DNA of 46,271 bases from Candidatus Omnitrophota bacterium (GTDB lineage Bacteria > Omnitrophota > Omnitrophia > Omnitrophales > Aquincolibacteriaceae). The notes below the pieces were generated by a model that did no database searches, was not told the DNA's origin, and worked only from the letters and a program-made list of their open reading frames with translations. Positions 1 through 8,418 of the stretch are shown here, piece after piece (position 1 is the first letter of the stretch; each line of letters opens with the position of its first letter). The stretch lies in NCBI GenBank assembly GCA_016196545.1, contig JACPXM010000023.1, positions 1 to 46,271 on the forward strand. Direction: 5' to 3'. The position numbers and the translations under genes were made by a program.

Positions 1-114
1 AGCATCGAACAGATTCGGCGTGAAAGAATGCTGAGACTTCAACGCAATGAACTGGCTCGCTTTTATCATTGGAAACGACTTAACCTCTTGGCCCCATTAC
101 GGATTTCGCCATGA
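1..114 (+). CDS. 3' end of an unidentified ORF entering from the left edge (partial)
   Basis: Frame 1 is open from base 1 to TGA at 112-114 (...LARFYHWKRLNLLAPLRISP*). Too short to assign. Confidence 0.2.
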   Translation, partial: SIEQIRRERMLRLQRNELARFYHWKRLNLLAPLRISP

Positions 115-146
115 TTAGAAAGTGCGACAGTAAAACTAGTAAGCTC

Positions 147-701
147 TCAGAAATGCCCGGCTAGAACATCATCATGCGAGGTGACAATGGATTTGGTATC
201 GAAAAGACTACATTCAATGATGGGATAGGCGCAAAGGGCAATCATCGGTGAAGCACGAATCCAAGAATGAATTTTTTGTTCATAGGCATGCATGCGCGGC
301 CAATCTCTTTTTGGAATGGCACCGGCATCCCCCGCCCCACGTAATCTTTTGTAACCTTGAGAAAGGATTTGCATCGCATAGCCTTGGGCATTGGCCATGG
401 CCTTCGCCTCATCGAAAACGCCGTCTGCAAGATACCAGTTTTCCGCGGATAAAATCTGAAATTGTCCCGAGGCAAAATAAAACCAAAATCTGGGAATTTG
501 ATCGTCACAAAGATTAATGGCTTCCTCCACTCCCATAGGATCTGAAACAAGCCAAAGGCACGCCTCATCTTTCTCAAGTCCGGATTGAAAATAAGGAATT
601 AAAATATGGTAAAAGTCTTCTGCACTTTTATAAAATTGGTAAAGGTGCCGGCCGGTATAAATATTGTGGATGGCATCGAAATCCGCCATGCTGGGATGCA
701 T
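147..701 (-). CDS. MEDS-domain (DcmR-like sensory domain) protein
   Basis: 184-aa ORF. The pattern HxxQFY...DFYHILIPYFQSGLEKDEACLWLV resembles the MEDS family. A GAGGAG SD lies about 10 nt upstream of the ATG. Confidence 0.6.
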   Translation of the reverse strand: MHPSMADFDAIHNIYTGRHLYQFYKSAEDFYHILIPYFQSGLEKDEACLWLVSDPMGVEEAINLCDDQIPRFWFYFASGQFQILSAENWYLADGVFDEAKAMANAQGYAMQILSQGYKRLRGAGDAGAIPKRDWPRMHAYEQKIHSWIRASPMIALCAYPIIECSLFDTKSIVTSHDDVLAGHF

Positions 702-734
702 GTGAGGGGGCTCCTCTCAAAGAGAGATGAACGG

Positions 735-762
735 AGTATAGCACCTCACTTTTAAATTTCAA
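735..762 (-). promoter_or_regulatory. candidate sigma70-type promoter for the MEDS gene (TTGAAA-16-TATACT on the minus strand)
   Basis: The reverse complement of 757-762 is TTGAAA and of 735-740 is TATACT, with a 16-nt spacer. Confidence 0.3.
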
Positions 763-838
763 ATATAATATTTCTTTTTGAGTCAAAATAGAGCAAATAC
801 GATCAAAATCTATCAATTTTATAGGGCAAGGTGTTTAT

Positions 839-2020
839 TTAGCGGTTTGAAGTGGGGGCAAGGACTTCCAGGATTTCAGTTTTAACACCGGGATGGGATT
901 CGATTTCAAGGCGTAATTCCAAGAGGTGCTGGGCTTTTTCATGGTGATGGAATTGTCCGAGCGCCCAGGCTGCGTGCATCCTTACAAGTGCGGAAGGGTC
1001 ACAAAGCGCAATTTCAAGAAGCGTAACCGCGTCTTCGCGGCCGGAATTGGCGAGCACAAGGCAGGCATTGCGAAGCATTTGTTTTCGGGAGGCACGAACG
1101 AGCGGAGTTCCTTTAAATTTATTTTCATATTCCCGGTTGGATTTAATCTTCATAAGCTCTGCAAGTGAGATAAAAGGACCGGCGCCTCTTTCCGCCTGGA
1201 ATTCTTCCCAATCGCTTGGTTTTGATTTTGAACTAAAGGGACAAATGTCCAGGCATGCGTCACAGCCAAAAATCCAATCTTTGATTGCGGGACGCAAGGC
1301 CTTCTCAATCACACCTCGATGTTCGATGGTGAGATAGGCAATGCATTTTCGGGCATCGATAAGGTAGTCCTTGTCCAGGGCCCCGGTGGGACATTCGCTT
1401 TGACAATGAGTGCAGGATCCACAGTCCGCCAGGACAGGGTGATCTTCCTCAAGTTCTAAATTCGTGATAATTTCAGAAAGGAAAAGCCAGGGGCCGAATT
1501 TGCGGCTTAAAAGCAGCGTATTTTTTCCTACAAATCCAAGACCCGCGCGCTGAGCGGCAAAGCGTTCCGGCAAAGGCTGCGTGTCAATACAGGATTTGAA
1601 CGTAGGGGCGAGGTCTCCTCGCCCTGAACACGGGCGGGGGGATCCCGCCTCTACGATCTTTTGCATTTGTTCAATCAATCTCTCATGCTTTTTGCCAATG
1701 ACGTGATGATAATCCTTCCCCCACGCATAACGTGCCACACGGCCCATCAATTTTTCACTTTGCCCCATGCCCCTTGCCTCTTGCTTTTGAAAATAATTCA
1801 CCCCCAGCACAATCACACTTTTCACATCCGGAATTTCTTGAAGGAGGCGTCGCTTCCGCAATTGAAAATCCTCTAAATACTTCATTTCTCCGTGCCTGCC
1901 TTCTTCTACCCATTCTTGAAGCGCGCGCTCGCCCTCCTCCATCCCTGAAAAGGAAGTGATGCCAACTTCGTGAAAACCGATGGAAGTAGCGAGCTGTTTA
2001 ATTTGGAAGGATGAAATCAT
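839..2020 (-). CDS. queG: epoxyqueuosine reductase (tRNA queuosine biosynthesis)
   Basis: Ferredoxin-type motifs CGSCTHCQSECPTGAL and IFGCDACLDICP, plus a C-terminal HEAT-like VRMHAAWALGQ. I chose the ATG at 2020 because it makes an ATGA overlap with the nth stop. The ORF track starts at 2038. Confidence 0.9.
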   Translation of the reverse strand: MISSFQIKQLATSIGFHEVGITSFSGMEEGERALQEWVEEGRHGEMKYLEDFQLRKRRLLQEIPDVKSVIVLGVNYFQKQEARGMGQSEKLMGRVARYAWGKDYHHVIGKKHERLIEQMQKIVEAGSPRPCSGRGDLAPTFKSCIDTQPLPERFAAQRAGLGFVGKNTLLLSRKFGPWLFLSEIITNLELEEDHPVLADCGSCTHCQSECPTGALDKDYLIDARKCIAYLTIEHRGVIEKALRPAIKDWIFGCDACLDICPFSSKSKPSDWEEFQAERGAGPFISLAELMKIKSNREYENKFKGTPLVRASRKQMLRNACLVLANSGREDAVTLLEIALCDPSALVRMHAAWALGQFHHHEKAQHLLELRLEIESHPGVKTEILEVLAPTSNR

Positions 2021-2661
2021 ACTTTGGCAGAGGGGCATAAATCCTGAATTTCACAATGAGGACAATCCGGTTTTCTTGCCGGGCAGCGCGTCCTGCCGTG
2101 ATGAATAATCCAGTGGGAATAATGGGTCCAGTCTTTTTCGGGTACCAGCTTCATCAAATCAAATTCGATTTTGACAGGATCGGAATGTTTTGTAAATCCA
2201 AGCAAGCGATTGATACGAATCATATGCGTGTCCACCGTAAGCCCCGGCGTGTTAAAGGCATTGCCGAGCACCACATTGGCGGTTTTGCGGCCGACGCCGG
2301 GAAGCGTCACAAGGTCTTCCAATCGGTTGGGAATTTTCCCGCCGAACTTTTCCTGAATGACTTTGGCGGTACCTAAAATATTTTTCGCCTTATTCTTATA
2401 AAATCCCGTCGATCGAATGGCTTCTTCGAATTCTTTGGGTTTGGCCTTTGCGTAGTCTTTAACTGTCCTGTATTTTTTAAAAAGCGCGGGGGTCACTAGA
2501 TTCACTCGTTTGTCGGTACATTGTGCGGAAAGAATCGTTGCCACCAAAAGTTCCATGGGATTCGAGAAATGGAGTGCGCATTGGGGATCGGGTTCCTTTT
2601 TCCTCATCCGCGCGATGATTTTGGCAACCCTTTTTTTCTTTGCTTCCAAAGATTCAGTCAT
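2017..2661 (-). CDS. nth: endonuclease III (DNA glycosylase/AP lyase)
   Basis: LVATILSAQCTDKRVN, HhH motif LPGVGRKTANVVL, and a C-terminal 4Fe-4S cluster loop CPARKPDCPHCEIQDLC. Confidence 0.93.
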   Translation of the reverse strand: MTESLEAKKKRVAKIIARMRKKEPDPQCALHFSNPMELLVATILSAQCTDKRVNLVTPALFKKYRTVKDYAKAKPKEFEEAIRSTGFYKNKAKNILGTAKVIQEKFGGKIPNRLEDLVTLPGVGRKTANVVLGNAFNTPGLTVDTHMIRINRLLGFTKHSDPVKIEFDLMKLVPEKDWTHYSHWIIHHGRTRCPARKPDCPHCEIQDLCPSAKV

Positions 2662-2872
2662 GAATATCTAATTCTTCCCTTCAGCCAAATAATTTCTTAT
2701 CCCTTATTTCTTTCAAAACGGTTTATCGCCCAGCGGTATAAACCCAGAAGAAAAATGCGGCGAGACAGCCTCCCACCACGAGAAAAAGGATGAGTTGGCG
2801 CAGAATTTCCTGTTTCATCAATCGAAACGCTGGGGATTTCTTTTTTGCCGCGGTCTCATCCGCAAGTACCTT

Positions 2873-4603
2873 TTACCTTCTTTTTTTTAAAAATTTATCT
2901 ATTTCTTTCAGGGGTAAGGTATTGAGAACATCGTCCTTTGTGAGCCAAGCTTTACGAGCAATGCCGACGCCGTAGCGAAGGTCTTTCATGCCTTCCACGG
3001 AATGCGCGTCCGGATTAATACTGACAAGCACGCCCTTTTTGCGGGCGTAGGAAAGGATTCGCCAGTCAAGGTCAAGTCGGTGAGGATTGGCATTGACTTC
3101 CATGACCACTCCCGCGTCTTTAGCTTCATCGATGAGGGCCGTGAGGTTGACCGCGTAGCCATCGCGCGCCAGAAGCAGGCGGCCCGTGGGATGGCCGACA
3201 AAAGTCAGGAATTTATTTTGAATCGCGCGGCGAATACGCTCGGTCATTTCCTTTTCCGGAATATTGAAACGGCTGTGAACGGAACCAATCACAAAATCAA
3301 ATTGCGAAAGAATGGAATCCGGATAATCGAGTTTTCCGTCCGGGAGAATGTCCGATTCAATGCCGCGGAAAATCCGGATCTTCACGCGCTTTTGAAGCGC
3401 CTCGATCTCTTTCCACTGCAGGCGAAGCCGCGCAGGTTCAAGCCCTTTCGCGTATTTGGCAGACTGGCTGTGATCGGAAATTCCCACATATTCGAGTCCC
3501 AGATCTTGAGCAGCCTCAACCATTTTTTCAAGACTCGCCAGGCCGTCGCTGTAGGTGGTGTGAACGTGAAAGGTGCCCCGCAACTCTGATTCTTCGATGA
3601 ACCTTGGGAAAGGTTTTTTGGCGGCGAATTCAATTTCACCTGTGTTCTCCCGCGCCTCCGGCGGAACATAATGAAAGCCAAGTGTTTCAAAAATCGCAGC
3701 CTCGTCTTTACAAGGGATTAAACGGTTTCCCTTGAAAAGTCCGTATTCATTGATTTTAATCCCCTTCCTTTTGGCAAGGGTGCGCATCGCCACATTGTGT
3801 TCTTTGCTTCCCGTGAAATAATAGAGCGCGGCAGGGAATTCTTTTTCGCTGACAGTTCTCAGGTCGCAATTCGGCCCGGCCCTCAGCGCAATGGAAGATT
3901 TTGTGTCTCCGTGCGCCACAATGGTTTGCGCCTCGGGATACTTCACAAAGGCGTCGTGAACAGCTTTTGAATTATTCGCCGAAACCAGAATATCAATGTC
4001 TTTGATGATTTCCTTGGCGCGGCGAATACTGCCGGCCACTTCAATACGCGTCACACCTTTTTGTTTTTTAAGGTAGGTGACCAGTTTGCTTGCTTCCTGC
4101 ATTCCCACATCAATCAAATAAGTTCCCTGCGTACGCTTCACTCTCTGGATGCCCTCCAGGACTTTCTGCTGGCTTTTGGTGCCGAATCCGTCGAGGTCCA
4201 TGAGCCGGTTTTCCTGGCAGGCATATTCGAGCTCGCCCAGGGATTGGATGCCCAGTTTCTCATAAAGGACTTTCACTTTTTTGGGCCCAAGGCCTGGAAT
4301 TCTAAAAAGCTCAAAAAGTGTTTGCGGGAACGACTTGCGGAGTTCCTCCCAATCCTTGGATTTTCCCTTTTCATAAAGCTCGCGAAGGATTCGCGCAATG
4401 TGGCCGGCACCGATGCCCTTTAATTTTTCCAGCTCACCGGTTGGGACAAGGGCCGCTAAATCGCGGGGGTCCCCTTCCAGGACACGAGCCGCGTTTTCAA
4501 AGGCGCGGACCTTGAAGATATTTTCATTTTTAAGTTCCATCAAAATCGCGATTTCGTGAAGGATTTCAATGGCTTCGGATTTGTCCCGAATAGGCTTTTT
4601 CAC
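2873..4603 (-). CDS. polX: family X DNA polymerase with C-terminal PHP phosphoesterase domain
   Basis: 576 aa. N-terminal HhH repeats (GIGAGHIARIL, IPGLGPKKV), a pol-beta-like core, and PHP motifs HVHTTYSDG and ISDHS. Confidence 0.9.
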   Translation of the reverse strand: MKKPIRDKSEAIEILHEIAILMELKNENIFKVRAFENAARVLEGDPRDLAALVPTGELEKLKGIGAGHIARILRELYEKGKSKDWEELRKSFPQTLFELFRIPGLGPKKVKVLYEKLGIQSLGELEYACQENRLMDLDGFGTKSQQKVLEGIQRVKRTQGTYLIDVGMQEASKLVTYLKKQKGVTRIEVAGSIRRAKEIIKDIDILVSANNSKAVHDAFVKYPEAQTIVAHGDTKSSIALRAGPNCDLRTVSEKEFPAALYYFTGSKEHNVAMRTLAKRKGIKINEYGLFKGNRLIPCKDEAAIFETLGFHYVPPEARENTGEIEFAAKKPFPRFIEESELRGTFHVHTTYSDGLASLEKMVEAAQDLGLEYVGISDHSQSAKYAKGLEPARLRLQWKEIEALQKRVKIRIFRGIESDILPDGKLDYPDSILSQFDFVIGSVHSRFNIPEKEMTERIRRAIQNKFLTFVGHPTGRLLLARDGYAVNLTALIDEAKDAGVVMEVNANPHRLDLDWRILSYARKKGVLVSINPDAHSVEGMKDLRYGVGIARKAWLTKDDVLNTLPLKEIDKFLKKRR

Positions 4604-4629
4604 GGCTCCATTATAGCCGATTCAAATTC

Positions 4630-4652
4630 AAAAGGTACCGGGTTCCTTTTTG
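4630..4652. repeat. intergenic palindrome, GGTACC/GGAACC family (REP-A)
   Basis: aaaaggtaccgggttcctttttg. Related copies at 13203, 24378 and 31979. Confidence 0.7.
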
Positions 4653-4660
4653 CTTATCAC

Positions 4661-4681
4661 CCCCACACCCGGTGTGGGGGT
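4661..4681. repeat. intergenic palindrome, CACACCCGGTGTG family (REP-B)
   Basis: cccccacacccggtgtggggg forms a 10-bp stem. Related copies at 17370, 23093 and 29142. Confidence 0.7.
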
Positions 4682-4714
4682 GGTAAGAGTGCTTATAGTT
4701 TTTAGTTTTAATCC

Positions 4715-4743
4715 TTGATTTTGGACGCAAAATTCGGTACTTT
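4715..4743 (+). promoter_or_regulatory. candidate promoter TTGATT-17-TACTTT ending 6 nt before the ATG (possible leaderless transcript)
   Basis: Hexamers at 4715-4720 and 4738-4743. The ATG is at 4750 and there is no SD in between. Confidence 0.35.
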
Positions 4744-4749
4744 CGATTC

Positions 4750-5787
4750 ATGAACAAAATGAGAGCAGTGGTTTTAGAAAATCACGGCGATTTTGAAAAC
4801 CTTCAATACACTTATGTGCCCCGGCCGGTTCCCGGACCTGAGGAAGTTCTGATTAAAGTGCGCGCCTGCGCCTTGAATCATCTCGACCTCTGGACACTCA
4901 AGGGAATGCCGGGCGTTAAAATCTCCTTCCCCCATATTCTAGGATGCGACATCGCCGGCGAAATCGCGGAAATGGGAAGCCGGGTCAAGGGTCTTCCCAC
5001 CCGCCGGCCGGTGATTGCCTCACCGGGAATTTCTTGCGGTAAATGTTCCCACTGCAAGTCAGGGTGGGACAGCCTTTGCGATCACTATCGGATTGTGGGA
5101 TTTCAAATCGATGGTGGCTTTGCCGAATATGTCAAAGTTCCGGCACGCAATGTGATACGGGTCTCCCGCAAACTAAGTTTCGAGGAGTGGGCCGCCGTCC
5201 CCCTTGTTTTCCTGACGGCGTGGCATATGCTCGTCACGCGGGCCCGGCTTCAAAAAAGGGAAAAAATCCTGATTCACGCGGCCGGAAGCGGCGTGGGGTC
5301 CGCCGCCCTTCAAATTGCGAAACTGCTGGGGGCCCATGTTATCGCCACCGTGGGAAGTGATGAAAAAATAAAGCGCGCGAAACATCTGGGCGCGGATGAA
5401 GTCATTAATTATGAAAAAAAGGATTTCCTTGCCGAGATCAAGAAAATCACCCACGGCGCAGGCGTGGAGGTTGTCTTGGAACATATCGGCCCCGCCACAT
5501 TCTCCAAAAGCCTCGCCGCGCTTTCCAAAAAAGGAAGAATGGTCACCTGCGGCGCCACAAGCGGCCCCCTTGCAAATCTCGATCTTCGGTTTCTCTTCGT
5601 GCGCCAGCTCTCGGTCGAGGGTTGTTACATGGGGGGCCTAGAAGAACTTCGAAAAATCATCCGGCTCGTCCGGAAAAAGAAACTCAAAGCCGTGGTCGAT
5701 AAAGTTTTCCCTTTGAGAGAAGCCAAATCCGCCCTCCAGCGCATGCAGGACCGGGAAAATTTTGGGAAAATTATCCTCGTTCCTTAA
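4750..5787 (+). CDS. zinc-dependent medium-chain dehydrogenase/reductase (alcohol dehydrogenase or quinone oxidoreductase family)
   Basis: Structural-zinc motif CGKCSHCKSGWDSLC, catalytic region ILGCDIAGEI, and Rossmann motif AAGSGVGSAALQ. Confidence 0.85.
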   Translation: MNKMRAVVLENHGDFENLQYTYVPRPVPGPEEVLIKVRACALNHLDLWTLKGMPGVKISFPHILGCDIAGEIAEMGSRVKGLPTRRPVIASPGISCGKCSHCKSGWDSLCDHYRIVGFQIDGGFAEYVKVPARNVIRVSRKLSFEEWAAVPLVFLTAWHMLVTRARLQKREKILIHAAGSGVGSAALQIAKLLGAHVIATVGSDEKIKRAKHLGADEVINYEKKDFLAEIKKITHGAGVEVVLEHIGPATFSKSLAALSKKGRMVTCGATSGPLANLDLRFLFVRQLSVEGCYMGGLEELRKIIRLVRKKKLKAVVDKVFPLREAKSALQRMQDRENFGKIILVP

Positions 5788-5791
5788 ACCC

Positions 5792-6268
5792 TTAGCCGCG
5801 TGAAATTTTCAGGATTTCCAGTTTTATTCTTCCGGCGGGCACTTCGATTTCAACGACTTCCTTGACACCTTTTCCGAGAAGCCCTTTGCCGATGGGAGAG
5901 GTAATCGAAATTTTCCCCTGATTAAAATCCGCCTCATCCTGCGGCACGAGGGTGTAGACGATTTTATCGCTTGTGCCGTGATTTTTAATTTCGACGGTGG
6001 CCCCTAAATAAACTTTGTCGGTCGGAAGGTCCCGGGTATCCACGATTTGAGCCCCGGAAAGTTTGGCCTCCAGATTGGAAATTCGGATTTCCAGCTGATG
6101 TTTGGCCTCTTTGGCGGTTTCGTATTCCGCGTTTTCACGCAAATCCCCGAGCGAGCGCGCATGTTCCAGCTGATTGGCAACCTCGCGCCGTTTTTTGGTT
6201 TTAAGAAAATTGAGTTCTTCCACCAATTTGTTATATCCCTCGTGGGTTAAAATTGTTTTTTCGGTCAT
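5792..6268 (-). CDS. greA: transcription elongation factor GreA
   Basis: 158 aa. LTHEGYNKLVEELNFLK...GDLRENAEYETAKE is the classic GreA coiled-coil N-terminus. Confidence 0.95.
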   Translation of the reverse strand: MTEKTILTHEGYNKLVEELNFLKTKKRREVANQLEHARSLGDLRENAEYETAKEAKHQLEIRISNLEAKLSGAQIVDTRDLPTDKVYLGATVEIKNHGTSDKIVYTLVPQDEADFNQGKISITSPIGKGLLGKGVKEVVEIEVPAGRIKLEILKISRG

Positions 6269-6645
6269 AACTTTTCCTTTTCAAAATGCTTTTTAAGTTT
6301 CTCCTTTTGTTTTTCCATAAATTTTTGGAGCTCCTTATTTTCCTTGCGCTTAAACTTTGCTATTTTTTTCTGCCGCTCGTGCCGGTCCATCCCTTCATTC
6401 TTTCGAATTTTTTCCATAAAATCTCTGCGCTCCTCCACCTGCTCTTCTAAAAACTCTTCGCGCTTGCGCCGCATTTTTCTTACATAGCCATCTTCTTTAA
6501 GAACCGGCTGACGAATTTGGCTTTCTTCAAAAAGCTGCTTGGAAGATTCTTTGACATTCACAATGGCCTGTTTGGCGGAAGAGACAACGTCGGAGACGTC
6601 CGCAAATGCAACGGAGCAGAAAGGCAAAATAATAAACACTGTCAT
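6265..6645 (-). CDS. small secreted Lys/Glu-rich protein (hypothetical)
   Basis: Signal-peptide-like MTVFIILPFCSVAFA followed by a highly charged K/E/R-rich tail. Its TGA overlaps the greA ATG (ATGA). An alternative start at 6699 (MFRRPTAARLTGVAALLR...) lies inside the upstream repeat element. The ORF-track start at 6855 is rejected. Confidence 0.5.
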   Translation of the reverse strand: MTVFIILPFCSVAFADVSDVVSSAKQAIVNVKESSKQLFEESQIRQPVLKEDGYVRKMRRKREEFLEEQVEERRDFMEKIRKNEGMDRHERQKKIAKFKRKENKELQKFMEKQKEKLKKHFEKEKL

Positions 6646-6820
6646 TCTGAGGAGCGCAGCGACGCCGGTTAATCGAGCGGCGGTCGGCCGCCTGAACATC
6701 CGGCACCGCCGCTTGAATGAGCGCCGGTCGGGCGCTTGGTCCTGCGGTGCCGTACGGTCGCTACGGCGAGCGGTCGGCTCGGCGAAGAATCTAGATCCTT
6801 CACTTCGCTCAGGATGACAG
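6639..6820. repeat. about 180-bp GC-rich MITE-like element with terminal inverted repeats CTGTCAT(T/C)CTGAG
   Basis: The left end is ctgtcattctgagg (6639-6652). The reverse complement of the right end is ctgtcatcctgagc (6807-6820). The interior is visibly more GC-rich than the flanks. It fills the thiF-to-small-protein gap. Confidence 0.55.
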
Positions 6821-6832
6821 ATGCCTCCTATT

Positions 6833-7861
6833 TCATGTCCCGATATATTGCGCATAAAGACTTTTGGCTTTATTTTCGTCTTCCGTTCCCTTGACCATCA
6901 CACGCCCGTTCGAAAAAACAGTGATTTCATAGGGCTGGGCAGAAACTTTTAAAAGGTAGGGATTCAAAGTCACCGCTCCTTTAGGTAAAAGACGCGCCGC
7001 AAGCCCTCGGAGGTCTAAGTCCTCCGGATTTTTGCGGTAAATTTGAACGGCATTGCGGCCGCAAAGCTTCACCGTGCGCGTTGAAAGGGTCTGATTCAAA
7101 TAGGGATAATCTTCCTGGCGGCAACCGCTACAGGGATTTTTCTTGAGAGGCTCCATGGAAACGGCGCGGAACCTTCGGCTCCAAAGGTCCACTTTCCAAA
7201 GCCTTCTTTCGACATCTTCCGCACAACCTGCCAAATATTTAATGGCTTCGGTGGCTTGAAACGATGCAATGAGATGCGTCACCGGGGCCAGGATACCTAC
7301 CTGATCGCACGTTTGCTGGGAACCCACGGCCGGCGGTTCTGGGAAAAGACAGCGCAGGCAGGGTCCCTCATGAGGAAATATGAAATAGGACATGCCTTCG
7401 GTACGCACCGCTCCGCCGTAAATCCAGGGAATGCGGAATTTGAGCGAATAATCATTAATCAAAAACCGGGTTTCAAAATTATCGGTGCCGTCCACGATTA
7501 AATGAACGCCCTTGAGAAGCTCTTCGATGGTTTCGGAATTGATGTCGGCAACTTCAGATTCGATGCGGATTTCGGAATTCACCCGTGAAAGTTTTTCGCG
7601 AGCCGCAACCGCTTTGGGTAAATTTTCCCGCGCGTCTTGTTCCTCGTAAAGAATTTGACGCTGCAAATTATTCAGCTCGACAAAATCACGGTCAATCAAA
7701 AGCAAATTTCCAACACCGGCGCGCGCCAGAAGGTTGGCGGACACGGAACCCAGCGCCCCGAGGCCCATCACCGCCACCTTGGAACGGGCGAGGCGGGCCT
7801 GCCCTTCCCTTCCGATTTCTTTAAGAATCCACTGGCGTTCGTAGCGGGAAAATTCTTGCAT
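6833..7861 (-). CDS. thiF: ThiF/MoeB-family adenylyltransferase (long form with about 90-aa C-terminal domain)
   Basis: YERQWIL...VAVMGLGALGSVSANLLARAGVGNLLLIDRDFVELNNLQRQ matches the E1-like nucleotide-binding fold. Two Cys pairs are present (CLRC, CSGC). The gene symbol is tentative (ThiF versus MoeB). Confidence 0.8.
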   Translation of the reverse strand: MQEFSRYERQWILKEIGREGQARLARSKVAVMGLGALGSVSANLLARAGVGNLLLIDRDFVELNNLQRQILYEEQDARENLPKAVAAREKLSRVNSEIRIESEVADINSETIEELLKGVHLIVDGTDNFETRFLINDYSLKFRIPWIYGGAVRTEGMSYFIFPHEGPCLRCLFPEPPAVGSQQTCDQVGILAPVTHLIASFQATEAIKYLAGCAEDVERRLWKVDLWSRRFRAVSMEPLKKNPCSGCRQEDYPYLNQTLSTRTVKLCGRNAVQIYRKNPEDLDLRGLAARLLPKGAVTLNPYLLKVSAQPYEITVFSNGRVMVKGTEDENKAKSLYAQYIGT

Positions 7862-7867
7862 AAGGGA

Positions 7868-8362
7868 TCAATTAAAAATGACTACCGAAAGATAAAGCGC
7901 CCCCATACCCAGCACAAGATTGAGGCTCATCAATTTCACATACATTCGGTGCAGTCGGTCAAACTCCATTTTTCCGGCATGGGTCGAAGAGAGGGTGTCG
8001 AGCGTTGGAATCTTTTGTTTGAGGGATTGCATCCGGGGGCTGAGATAAAAAGTGCAAAAGGCGGTCACCGCTCCCATAAAAAGAAAGGCCAGGCTCAAAT
8101 TCCAAATCATGGAATGATACCCTTGAATAAATGGATACGAAGAAAAACTCGTTAAAACTAAAATCACGCAACATCCCAATTCAATGAGGTTAAGGCGCGC
8201 CAGAATCTTAGAGACAATTTCTCCGGCAATCGCGCGGGAGGCCATAGAATGATGAATCGAGGGAGCTGCGACGCAGGCCAAAAAGACAATTCCGCCTATC
8301 CAAAGCGACAGGGCCAAATAATGAACCCATTGAATGAGATTCCATATTCCGCTCGCAGTCAT
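7868..8362 (-). CDS. integral membrane protein, DUF4149-like
   Basis: 4-5 predicted TM helices. I moved the start to the ATG at 8362 (MTASGIWN...) because the ORF-track start (8392) lies inside the upstream hairpin. Confidence 0.55.
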   Translation of the reverse strand: MTASGIWNLIQWVHYLALSLWIGGIVFLACVAAPSIHHSMASRAIAGEIVSKILARLNLIELGCCVILVLTSFSSYPFIQGYHSMIWNLSLAFLFMGAVTAFCTFYLSPRMQSLKQKIPTLDTLSSTHAGKMEFDRLHRMYVKLMSLNLVLGMGALYLSVVIFN

Positions 8363-8371
8363 AAAGTCGCC

Positions 8372-8412
8372 CGTCCTCCTGAGTCCCGCCAACGGCGGGA
8401 TTCAGGAGGACG
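8372..8412 (-). terminator. long hairpin (19-bp stem, 1 mismatch) downstream of the 8419-9318 gene
   Basis: cgtcctcctgagtcccgcc-aac-ggcgggattcaggaggacg. There is no clear U-tract, so it may be a REP-like element rather than an intrinsic terminator. Confidence 0.45.
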
Positions 8413-8418
8413 AAAACC

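Noticed and set aside
2723-2818. 31-aa minus-strand ORF (MKQEILRQLILFLVVGGCLAAFFFWVYTAGR) between nth and polX, possibly a small membrane protein.
   Set aside because: It has no convincing SD and is too short to evaluate without conservation data, so I did not list it as a feature.
6646-6855. The 5' part of ORF 6265-6855 (MRNISGHEIGGICHPERSEGSRFFAEPTARRSDR...).
   Set aside because: This is the translation of the GC-rich inverted-repeat element. It is Arg/Pro-rich nonsense with no plausible function upstream of a signal peptide.
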